Notes under the pieces: generated by a model | Seen by the model: only the letters and a program-made list of their open reading frames with translations | Database searches by the model: none | Told to the model about the DNA's origin: nothing | Position numbers and translations under genes: made by a program | Source: a virus | DNA length: 64,000 nt | IMG/VR virus record: IMGVR_UViG_3300050821_007134 | Span: 64,001-128,000 of that record | Reading direction: 5' to 3' (one strand) | Part shown: positions 55,991 through 64,000 of the stretch, one piece after another | Layout: each line of letters begins with the position of its first letter | How positions within the stretch are numbered: the first letter of the stretch is position 1

Positions 55991-56511
55991 TTTTACGCAC
56001 ATTATTATTTATACTTGGGCTATTGGCCAAAGTTTCTGGGGTTGCAAAGTATGCCAAGAGCAGATTCGATAAAAACAGAAAGCTTATCGTTTTCGTCGCT
56101 CTTTTACCTCTTCGAGATCTTACTCTAAAGATCGCATTTAGAAGCGAAAAGGAAACAGGATGGAGAACATTAAAAATTACCATTCCTGCTGTTCTTACCT
56201 CTAGAGGAACTGGGCTTGGCGTACTAGAAGATATTTTAACTGGTTATTACGGAGAATACGAAGAAGCAATCACGGTCCTGAATGTTTCAGGATTTCGTAC
56301 TCCATGGAAGAAATTCAAAGATGAGCTTGTCGGTGTTAAGTATCCCAAGCTAACATACGAAATGGCTCAATTACTGGACGCTTTAGAAGTGGGACCTTAC
56401 GGTTCTACAAAAGATAAAGTAACTGATAATTCCGCAGAAAATGACAAACTTGCGGAGCAAATAAACGCATTGAAAAATTTATTAAATAATAAGGAGGCTA
56501 CCAATGGATAG
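55987..56511 (+). CDS. hypothetical protein
   Basis: coupled ORF. Confidence 0.55.
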   Translation: MILRTLLFILGLLAKVSGVAKYAKSRFDKNRKLIVFVALLPLRDLTLKIAFRSEKETGWRTLKITIPAVLTSRGTGLGVLEDILTGYYGEYEEAITVLNVSGFRTPWKKFKDELVGVKYPKLTYEMAQLLDALEVGPYGSTKDKVTDNSAENDKLAEQINALKNLLNNKEATNG

Positions 56512-56782
56512 AGAGAAATTAGAAGACCAATTGGACAAGATCGATCCACGTTTCCGTAAGGAAGCAAATGGATTAAGCGCCGCTGAACTTGAATCTAAGA
56601 TTAACCTCTTAGCAAAAGCCAGCGAAGCCAATGATCAATTGCAAGAAGACGACGAAGACCTCGCAGGAGCTAAAGCTAAAGCTTCCGAACTTGGCCGTCC
56701 TTATCGCGAAGATCGCAAGGCCTACAAACTCAAAACAAAATACTCGATTCTTCTGCTCAAGGAAAAAACCGGCCAATCATGA
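56504..56782 (+). CDS. small coiled-coil protein
   Basis: AAGGAGG RBS; helical. Confidence 0.6.
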   Translation: MDREKLEDQLDKIDPRFRKEANGLSAAELESKINLLAKASEANDQLQEDDEDLAGAKAKASELGRPYREDRKAYKLKTKYSILLLKEKTGQS

Positions 56783-57453
56783 GCGAAAGAATTCTCTCCC
56801 TTGATATTTCAACCAAAACTGGTTGGTCGCTTGCTTTAAGCGATGCAGATGGTTGTCATATTGCCCACTACGGGCAGACTGAGCCTATTCCTGAGCCAAA
56901 GGGAGAGTACCCATACAGAGTTTGGGACTGGACATACAAATGTTTCTCAGTGATAGAAAAACTCATTAAAGAACATCACCCCGATGTATTAGTGATAGAA
57001 CAGACCTCCAAAGGTAGTAAGGCTTCAAAAACGCAGAAGCTATTAGAATGGATTCATTTTCTCGTGGCCGACTACATCATCAAGAGATCCATGAAAAATG
57101 TCTATTTACAGACCGGTGAATGGAGATCTTTAGTTGGCTCCAAAATGACCAAAGATGAAAAGACTCGAAACAAGTATGTTAAGGATTATAAGGCCAAATA
57201 CTTAGCCGAACACGGACAAGAATATACAATAGGAAAAAATGGCAAGAAAAAGAAGAAAGCCATTGTTGTTTACGATGAAGAAGGCGTTCGCATAGGTAAA
57301 GTTGGCAAGAAGAATGTAAGTGTTCGAACCGCCAATGAAATCTTTGGCCCACAACTTAAGAGGCCATTACAAAGAAAAGATGAGGATGCGGCTGAGGCTC
57401 TTTTATTGGCTTACGCGTATCATAGGAGAACCAATGCGCTTCAAAAATCTTAG
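56779..57453 (+). CDS. RuvC-like Holliday junction resolvase
   Basis: ILSLDISTKTGW, PDVLVIE, EWR, DAAEALLLA. Confidence 0.75.
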   Translation: MSERILSLDISTKTGWSLALSDADGCHIAHYGQTEPIPEPKGEYPYRVWDWTYKCFSVIEKLIKEHHPDVLVIEQTSKGSKASKTQKLLEWIHFLVADYIIKRSMKNVYLQTGEWRSLVGSKMTKDEKTRNKYVKDYKAKYLAEHGQEYTIGKNGKKKKKAIVVYDEEGVRIGKVGKKNVSVRTANEIFGPQLKRPLQRKDEDAAEALLLAYAYHRRTNALQKS

Positions 57454-57709
57454 ACACCTAGAAGATGAAATCCTTAACAAAATATTAAAGCTTGTCCCCG
57501 TTCATCTGGACATTAATGTAGGAAGCAATATACATTATTTGGCAGAAGACATGGCTTTATTGTTAACAGAAGTTCAATCGGAATTAGAGGCTCTACGATA
57601 TAAGTATAAAATAGAAGATAATGATTTACTTCCTTTAACGACTGTGTTATCAAGAGGTGAATCAATTCCCGCCCGAACCGTATTACGGGCACTTGGAGAA
57701 AAAGTATGA
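57434..57709 (+). CDS. hypothetical protein (probable start MRFKNL)
   Basis: AGGAG RBS. Confidence 0.5.
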   Translation: MRFKNLRHLEDEILNKILKLVPVHLDINVGSNIHYLAEDMALLLTEVQSELEALRYKYKIEDNDLLPLTTVLSRGESIPARTVLRALGEKV

Positions 57710-58665
57710 GCGAATATTGGAATGACGAAAATGACCCAAATGCTGACGGAGACTTCCGGGACATCCCAGAAGAAACGGTAGAAAATGCCATTATTCCCCA
57801 GCCCAGTATAATGCCTCCTCCGAGGGCTCAGGCAGTTCAAGTAGTCGGCCAAGACGCTGAGTACGAAGAGGAATATGACGAAGAGTATGACACGACCGCC
57901 GATGACGATTTACAACAAAATGAAGTGGCAGAAGAAGACGACTATTCAAACATCCTAGACGATGCTCGATTGAGACTTGAACAAGGTCGCCTTTACGAAA
58001 TGGTTATGAAACATAACCCATTCGAACACCTTGATGCAGACCCTAAAGCGGTCATCGTAGTTCAAAAACAAATCGTTAAGTTTGCAAAAGAACAAATGGA
58101 AATCATGTTGGGAATGAGACAGGCTAAACAACAAAATTTTGACTCAGTAGTCTCTTCTCCATTCAATGATTTGGAAGTTAAACTCTTAAAAGAATTCGCA
58201 TCCAAAATGAGTGGCGGAAAGTCCGCCGAAGCTGGCGCAAATCAAGTCGCACAAAAGCTAACTTCAATTGGGGCTCCTAAACAACAAAGGGCTCCTGCAC
58301 CAATACCGACTTCTCAGCCTCGGGCTCCTCAGCAAGCTTTACCACAAGCTCCTGGACAGCCTTTAAAACGTAAAAAGAAAGTGCCAGGCAGCATTGATCG
58401 GCTGTTAAGAGAAGGAATGAGTCCAAAAGACGTGGGATATAAACCACTTAAGAAGTCCCCAAATCAAATGACTACGGATGAACTTCTACAAAGAAATGAA
58501 GAAGCTAAGATAAGACAGGCCTCACAGAAATCAGCCAGGCCAGCTAATGCTACTCCATTACCGACCTATGAACAAGAAGAAGCTCTTCATGCTTCGCGGG
58601 TTAATGCGGCCAATGGAACCGTGTCTTTGATCATGAAAGCAATTGAAATGAGTAAAAAGAAATAG
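57706..58665 (+). CDS. hypothetical protein, acidic N-terminus
   Basis: long coupled ORF. Confidence 0.65.
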   Translation: MSEYWNDENDPNADGDFRDIPEETVENAIIPQPSIMPPPRAQAVQVVGQDAEYEEEYDEEYDTTADDDLQQNEVAEEDDYSNILDDARLRLEQGRLYEMVMKHNPFEHLDADPKAVIVVQKQIVKFAKEQMEIMLGMRQAKQQNFDSVVSSPFNDLEVKLLKEFASKMSGGKSAEAGANQVAQKLTSIGAPKQQRAPAPIPTSQPRAPQQALPQAPGQPLKRKKKVPGSIDRLLREGMSPKDVGYKPLKKSPNQMTTDELLQRNEEAKIRQASQKSARPANATPLPTYEQEEALHASRVNAANGTVSLIMKAIEMSKKK

Positions 58666-58696
58666 TGACGATAATTAATTTAAAAGGAGACAGAAA

Positions 58697-59455
58697 ATGT
58701 CAGAAGCAAAAGAAGCCCCAAAAGCAGCATCGGTAACACCAATTGGTGCAAAACCCAATGGAGCCGCTGCAAAGCCCGCACCCCCAAAAACCGCTGGTCA
58801 GCGATTAGACGATCTTGAAAGAGCTATGATGAGTCTTTTTCAAAATATGGATAATCTTGGTCGCGAAACTGGAACGATCAAAGAGGCTCTTCGATTGTTA
58901 GGTAACAAAGTGGATGCATTGGCAAAAGCCAATCTTCGCGGCGAAGCCCCAACAGACGAAACTCTTAGCCAGATCATGATCGATAACAACGTCGAAGAAC
59001 TCAAAGGCAAAGTTGAAGGGCTTGTAAAAGCTCAGGTATTGGTAGCTACCGATATCGTTGGAGACACATCCTTTATCGTTGGTCGCGAGATCGCAGCAGA
59101 TTCAGATAAAGTGATCAATCCTCGCCTTCAGTTCTCTCTCACAGCTTTAGCAAAAGAAGTTGGAGACAAGATCAGAGGTCATCTCGTTGGTGACATTATC
59201 ACCATTCAAGAAGGCCAAGTGAGATTCGAAGTGTTGGAAGTTTACAACATTCAGACTCCTCCTCCAGCAGCTCAACCAACTGCACCTGCAACTGATGCAC
59301 AAGCCGCCGCACCCGCAGCTGCTCCAGCAACAGACGCAAGTTCAACTCCCGCTGCTACGGCAACAACCGATGCTAGCGCACCAGCTGCCCCTGCTGCCGC
59401 AACACCGGCTGCACAAGATCAAACTCAGACACAGGCTGCGCCCACAGGCAACTAA
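58697..59455 (+). CDS. coiled-coil plus GreA/FKBP-like C-domain, Ala/Pro/Thr tail
   Basis: IRGHLVGDIITI...FEVLEVY; AAGGAG RBS. Confidence 0.5.
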   Translation: MSEAKEAPKAASVTPIGAKPNGAAAKPAPPKTAGQRLDDLERAMMSLFQNMDNLGRETGTIKEALRLLGNKVDALAKANLRGEAPTDETLSQIMIDNNVEELKGKVEGLVKAQVLVATDIVGDTSFIVGREIAADSDKVINPRLQFSLTALAKEVGDKIRGHLVGDIITIQEGQVRFEVLEVYNIQTPPPAAQPTAPATDAQAAAPAAAPATDASSTPAATATTDASAPAAPAAATPAAQDQTQTQAAPTGN

Positions 59456-59494
59456 TCTTCTGAGTATGATTAACAATTAGGGAATGGGCTCTTT

Positions 59495-61126
59495 ATGGAT
59501 GGTAAAAATCTTGGTGGCAAAGCTACGGAAAAAGAACAAGAAGCTAAAAGGCTTGCAATTCTTAAGGCTTACGTAGAACATGTAAAAGCAGGGTCGTTAT
59601 TTCCGACCAAGGCCGACATGTTTGATAGCGGAATTTCAAGAGAGACGATCCGACATTGGTTCGTCAACATGGCCAAATTGAGGGCCGCCGCCAAACAAAG
59701 ATTTCCCGATGAATTCCGAGGAGTTCTAGATATTGAGGATTATACATCCCCAGAATATCTTGCAAAACTTCGAAGGCTTACTGTCAAAACCAAACGATTC
59801 GTAGTTACGACTGCGATCAGCGGACAGAAGGTTCATCAGGAATTTTTAGACTCCATAGATAGTTATTGTAAATTAAATGATGCGGAACTCCTTTTAATAC
59901 CCAGTCACGATCCCGCGCATAATTTGGACAACGAAATCGAGTGGCACATGGATGATCCACTCGTTGATTATTACTGGATTTTTCAGAAACTCGAATTTAA
60001 TAGCAATATTCATATTAGTGACATTCCTGTCACAGCTAAACAGATTAACCCTACAACGGGGCTAGGACGCTTCGTACAGGGCCAAGGCAGTGCGATCTTC
60101 GGGTCACCTAAGCAAAGCCTTGAATTCATTCCAGTGTCGAATGTTAAGTATCCTCACGCTCTTATGTCTACCGGGGCTATAACAGTCTCTAATTACAAAT
60201 CTAGCCGTGGAAACAGTCTTAGGACTGCATGGATTGCCGATCACGACCATAAGGTAGGAGCAATTATTCTTGAAATTCAAGATGATAAGCTCTATCATTT
60301 CAGACAGATACAGGCAGATGAAAAAGGTGGATTCTGCGACATTGGTAAATATTACCTCAAAAACAAAGTCAAAAATGTAAGATCAAAACTTGTCATCGGT
60401 GACTATCACTCAGGACAGCACTCTGAAACTGCTCAACAGGCCTGGATTGAAGTTTGTAAGGCGGCCCATGTTGATGAGGTCATCTTACATGATCTCCATA
60501 ACGGCCTTTCTACGAATCACCATGACGCGCATAAAATGGTCACTCAGGCACGAAGGGCGGCCAAAGGCCAGCTTGATGCAAAAAAAGAGCTTGGGATAAC
60601 TGGTTCCGTTCTAAATCTTTGGACAAGCCTTGTAGACAAAGTCACAGTTACCAAATCCAACCATGATGAATTTCTTGAACGATGGTTAGATGAAGCTAGA
60701 TTCGCAAAAGATCCCTACAACTTCCAGCTCGGATGTAAACTCGCAGATGCAATGGTTGATGAAAAGGACCCACTAATCGTTGGTCTGGAACTCTACGGTA
60801 ACCTGAAACAGCCTAAGAAAATCAACTGGTTAAAGAGAGATGAAGACTACAGAGTTTTTGGTCATGAGAACGGAGCCCATGGAGACATAGGTCCCAACGG
60901 CGCAAAGGGTTCAAAAGCAAGTTTGGAAAAATCATACGGCAGCGCCACCATTGCTCACTCACATACTGCCGGTATTCTAAGAAACATTTTCCAAGTTGGA
61001 ACCACTAGTTGGTTTGATCTGGATTACAATAGAGGCCCTTCATCCTGGATGCACTGCTCATGTCTCGAATATGAAAATGGCGGTCGCCAATTAATTAACT
61101 CTATAAACGGCGAATGGCGACTATAA
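59495..61126 (+). CDS. T5 A1-like nuclease (metallophosphoesterase domain)
   Basis: FVVTTA...VH, MSTGAITVSNY, FRQIQAD, GDYH, HD, SNHDEFLERWL, HGDIGPNGAKGS, HSHT. Confidence 0.7.
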   Translation: MDGKNLGGKATEKEQEAKRLAILKAYVEHVKAGSLFPTKADMFDSGISRETIRHWFVNMAKLRAAAKQRFPDEFRGVLDIEDYTSPEYLAKLRRLTVKTKRFVVTTAISGQKVHQEFLDSIDSYCKLNDAELLLIPSHDPAHNLDNEIEWHMDDPLVDYYWIFQKLEFNSNIHISDIPVTAKQINPTTGLGRFVQGQGSAIFGSPKQSLEFIPVSNVKYPHALMSTGAITVSNYKSSRGNSLRTAWIADHDHKVGAIILEIQDDKLYHFRQIQADEKGGFCDIGKYYLKNKVKNVRSKLVIGDYHSGQHSETAQQAWIEVCKAAHVDEVILHDLHNGLSTNHHDAHKMVTQARRAAKGQLDAKKELGITGSVLNLWTSLVDKVTVTKSNHDEFLERWLDEARFAKDPYNFQLGCKLADAMVDEKDPLIVGLELYGNLKQPKKINWLKRDEDYRVFGHENGAHGDIGPNGAKGSKASLEKSYGSATIAHSHTAGILRNIFQVGTTSWFDLDYNRGPSSWMHCSCLEYENGGRQLINSINGEWRL

Positions 61127-61130
61127 TGGT

Positions 61131-61520
61131 ATGGGCAGAACAGACGAACTTGAAAAGGCCTCGACCACAATAAAGGATGCCGAGAGAAGACGGGACCAAG
61201 TCAGGCAGGAAATGTGGGATTTGGATCAGGAAATCAGGCATTTAGATAAGTTCGTTGAGATTCTGGAAGCTAACATTAAATTTCTTAAGGATACTCGCAT
61301 TATAGCGATGGCCAAAGAATTTAAGAAAGCCAGAAAAGATCTTGAAACGGCCAATACTAGAATTGAAATTTTAAAAAAAGACCGAGATGCGGCAGCTAAG
61401 GCATTGAATCATACAGAGATTTTCATTAAAAAGGCCAAAGAAAATCATGAGAAACTGTTGAGGAGTTTTAATAACAATGTGGTGCGCGGAAACTTTGGGA
61501 GCGGAAATAATGGATCGTGA
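61131..61520 (+). CDS. coiled-coil protein
   Basis: heptad pattern. Confidence 0.55.
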   Translation: MGRTDELEKASTTIKDAERRRDQVRQEMWDLDQEIRHLDKFVEILEANIKFLKDTRIIAMAKEFKKARKDLETANTRIEILKKDRDAAAKALNHTEIFIKKAKENHEKLLRSFNNNVVRGNFGSGNNGS

Positions 61521-61725
61521 TGATGTGACTAAGCGCATCCAGGATGAAGAGGACTACATAAGGTCCCCTAAATTCGGGAACTCGTTAACTCGCTTAAAAT
61601 TAAAAAATCCGGAAGGTGTTGACGACGCCACTATTGCTAAGGTATTAATGATATCTGAAGAAGACGTGCAAAAGCTTTATGAAGAAGCCGTAGCGATGAT
61701 TAAAGAAGGTATCGATGATGAGTAG
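61510..61725 (+). CDS. stand-alone sigma region-4-like HTH protein (start MDRDD at 61510)
   Basis: GVDDATIAKVLMISEEDVQKLYEEAVAMIK. Confidence 0.55.
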   Translation: MDRDDVTKRIQDEEDYIRSPKFGNSLTRLKLKNPEGVDDATIAKVLMISEEDVQKLYEEAVAMIKEGIDDE

Positions 61726-62020
61726 AGAAGAAAAAATAGTCGATTCATTTAGAACACTGATGAACTATTTTTTACAATTAGAATTTCTCATTCCCGACGA
61801 AGAGCGCCAATTCTTCAGGAGAACTAAAGATCAAGTACTCCCTATTTTGGTTGCAGAAGAACAAAGACGCTGGGATTTAAGAGGGTTTGACGAAAATACT
61901 ACAACTTTAATTCAAGATATGAGCGCTTTAACCGACGAACAAAGAATGGAAGTAATCGGTAATTTTTGTAGGTATTGTGGATGCAAGAATCCCAGATGCC
62001 AATGTTGGAACGACGAATGA
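61715..62020 (+). CDS. hypothetical protein with C-terminal Cys cluster
   Basis: CRYCGC..P.CQCWNDE. Confidence 0.55.
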   Translation: MMSREEKIVDSFRTLMNYFLQLEFLIPDEERQFFRRTKDQVLPILVAEEQRRWDLRGFDENTTTLIQDMSALTDEQRMEVIGNFCRYCGCKNPRCQCWNDE

Positions 62021-62223
62021 AATGCCAGTATTGTGAGCAAGAAGCAACATGTAAATGTGCTTCATGCCCATTAAAATTTTGTGACTTTTGTGTTGAAGAA
62101 CATCTTCACGGAAAAGGAATTCCAAGACGAAGTTGGGGTTCAAATAAAATTATGTTAGAGAAAAAGGGAGAGACAGATGCAGGTGGAAGTATACTCAGAT
62201 GGAAGCGCAACGATCGCGACTAA
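62017..62223 (+). CDS. small zinc-finger (B-box-like) protein (probable start MKCQYC)
   Basis: CxxC...CxxC...CxxC..H. Confidence 0.5.
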   Translation: MKCQYCEQEATCKCASCPLKFCDFCVEEHLHGKGIPRRSWGSNKIMLEKKGETDAGGSILRWKRNDRD

Positions 62224-62914
62224 ACCCGGCGGATATGGGTATGTAGTTGTAATTGACGGAGCACTTGAAAAAACGGGCAGCGGCGCAATGCCACTGGCCA
62301 CGAACAATGATGCCGAACTTGAAGGCGCAATTCAAGGCCTGAAAGCAGCTAAAGAAATCATTTATAATAACCCAAGACATTTCAATGCAGAATCTTCAGT
62401 TACATTGGTTAGTGATAGCCAAATAGTTCTCGGTTGGGTCAGTGGAGATTTGCAATTCAGGCAAGCCACTAAACAAGACAAATACATTGAATTGGTTCAA
62501 TTGGTGAATCAGCTTCGGGTAAAGACTCGTTGGGTTGAAGGTCATTCAGGAGATCCTTGGAACGAGAAATGTGATGAACTCGCCAATGAAGCTCGTAAAT
62601 CTTTGTTGCCTCCAGAAGCAGTAAAGCCTAAAAAAGAGAAAAAGAAGAAACAATTGTCACCCCCTGAAGGTCAATTGTCACCCTCGACGGAAAACAATTG
62701 TAACCCTCAAGTCAATTTTAGCTGGAATCAGAAACCCGCTCCCGCCCCCCAGACTGAAGTCTGGGACCCTACATTACATAAATTCCTTCCCCAACAACAA
62801 GACATGAGAACCGATAAAGAAAAATTATTTGCTATGACTGGCGTCTATATCGACACCGCTGTATTAATTAGAGTGTTACAAGAACTTGTAACTCGCGAGG
62901 AAAATCGAAAATGA
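62177..62914 (+). CDS. rnhA: ribonuclease HI
   Basis: YSDGS, TNNDAEL, SDSQ, WVEGHSG, NEKCDELA. Confidence 0.9.
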   Translation: MQVEVYSDGSATIATKPGGYGYVVVIDGALEKTGSGAMPLATNNDAELEGAIQGLKAAKEIIYNNPRHFNAESSVTLVSDSQIVLGWVSGDLQFRQATKQDKYIELVQLVNQLRVKTRWVEGHSGDPWNEKCDELANEARKSLLPPEAVKPKKEKKKKQLSPPEGQLSPSTENNCNPQVNFSWNQKPAPAPQTEVWDPTLHKFLPQQQDMRTDKEKLFAMTGVYIDTAVLIRVLQELVTREENRK

Positions 62915-63543
62915 GCGTATATGCACCACTTGATACTGAGACCGGCGGCCTAGATCCTGAAATCGCAGATCTGTTGACCCTCTACATATGCATTATGGAT
63001 GATAACTTCAATTTGTTAGATGAGCTTGATCTTCAGCTTAAGCCCGATGGTGGAAGACTCCCGAACGCTGACGCTGGCGCACTGCGCGTGAATGGCATAA
63101 ATATTGCGGAGCATATGGCGGACCCTAAGACAATTACCTATTCCGAAGCTAAACCTCTGGTTGTCGCAATGCTTAAGAAGCATTACAAAAAGATAGGTAA
63201 GTCCATACAAACACGTACCATGGGCCATAACCTACCGTTCGACAATAGCTTTATCTGGAAGTATCTCATTCCAAAAGATGAGTGGACAAAGCTAGTTCAC
63301 TATGGCATCATAGATACTAAGTCAAATACTGACTTCCTAAAGGATGCCGGATGGCTCCCAAAGGATGTAGGGACGTTGATTTCTTTGGTCGAGTTCTTTG
63401 GGATACCTAAAAGGGACGCCCATAGAGCTAAGGGTGATACACTTATGTGCGTGGATGTTTATAAGGCCCAGTTAGGTCTTATGAAGTCTAAAAAGGAGAG
63501 CGCACCTCAACAAGACCTTATAAGTTTACTTGAACAGGAATAG
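62911..63543 (+). CDS. DEDDh 3'-5' exonuclease (DnaQ-like)
   Basis: LDTETGGL, GHNLPFD, IDT, HRAKGD. Confidence 0.88.
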   Translation: MSVYAPLDTETGGLDPEIADLLTLYICIMDDNFNLLDELDLQLKPDGGRLPNADAGALRVNGINIAEHMADPKTITYSEAKPLVVAMLKKHYKKIGKSIQTRTMGHNLPFDNSFIWKYLIPKDEWTKLVHYGIIDTKSNTDFLKDAGWLPKDVGTLISLVEFFGIPKRDAHRAKGDTLMCVDVYKAQLGLMKSKKESAPQQDLISLLEQE

Positions 63544-63552
63544 GAGAATAAA

Positions 63553-63696
63553 ATGAGCGTTGGTAGTAAATTAAAAAATCTGGCCGACAGAGCAAAAGAA
63601 GTTATGGCAAAATTTCAAGCCAAATCTAAACCAGGCCCGCTTGAAGTTAAAAGATTGAAAAATCGCGCAAAACGTCGAAGACAGGGTCGAAGATGA
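63553..63696 (+). CDS. small basic protein (47 aa, not in ORF track)
   Basis: AGGAG RBS, ATGA overlap with next ORF. Confidence 0.45.
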   Translation: MSVGSKLKNLADRAKEVMAKFQAKSKPGPLEVKRLKNRAKRRRQGRR

Positions 63697-64000
63697 ACTT
63701 GATTGAGCTTTTATTAAAGCCGATCATTTGGTTCTGTATCAAGACTGGTAGGGTATTTAATATTACCGGGACTGGTCCTGACACTGACATATATCTGATC
63801 AGATATTATGTCTTTCAGAACAAATACTTCAATGTTTTCATTCATATCTTCCTAAGATCTGATCGAGACGATATGCACGACCATCCGTGGAACTTTGGAA
63901 CCTATGTTGTTCGCGGAGCCTATAAAGAACAAGTTCCTGACCCTATTGAAGGATCTCCCGACAATTTAAAAATTAATAATAGAAGTGTAAATGAAAATCG
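63693..64000 (+). CDS. cupin-like phage protein (partial, runs off window)
   Basis: YLIRYY...FIHIFLRSD...HDHPW...GAYKE. Confidence 0.6.
   Translation, partial: MNLIELLLKPIIWFCIKTGRVFNITGTGPDTDIYLIRYYVFQNKYFNVFIHIFLRSDRDDMHDHPWNFGTYVVRGAYKEQVPDPIEGSPDNLKINNRSVNEN

Noticed and set aside
1-64000. Stop-codon reassignment or prophage state
   Set aside because: Genes are full length in the standard code and all three stops are used; no integrase, att site or host genes in the window

Overview
This 64 kb window is a segment of a large lytic myovirus (tailed dsDNA phage); no host chromosomal genes, integrase, CRISPR array or rRNA are visible. About 2.7-45.7 kb is a mostly minus-strand morphogenesis region with an SPO1/Twort-like head: GroEL, terminase large subunit, portal, gpF-like head protein, scaffold, major capsid, neck proteins, tail sheath/tube and fibre-like proteins. 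It is interrupted by plus-strand genes (dTMP kinase, prohead protease, DNA ligase, small ORFs, a tRNA-like gene and two structured non-coding regions). 45.8-64 kb is a plus-strand replication/recombination/transcription block (SF2 helicase, sigma factor, SbcCD, ClpP-like protease, RuvC-like resolvase, T5 A1-like nuclease, RNase H, DEDDh exonuclease). Main observations: (1) adjacent probable head-internal polyproteins, punctuated by a repeated hydrophobic-x-K-[S/A] putative maturation motif, carry an mCpol-like nucleotide synthase domain, an Acb1-like 2H phosphodiesterase, a SAM-lyase/DUF3293-like domain and a lytic transglycosylase, suggesting a virion-delivered counter-defence kit; (2) a ~640 nt ornate ncRNA candidate follows an aberrant tRNA, and a ~145 nt kissing-loop RNA follows the prohead protease; (3) the tail sheath contains a circularly permuted DUF3494 ice-binding domain; (4) an AATCTT(T)A late-promoter motif recurs, and the sigma factor lacks region 4.2. 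All family assignments come from motif recognition by eye; no database searches were run.
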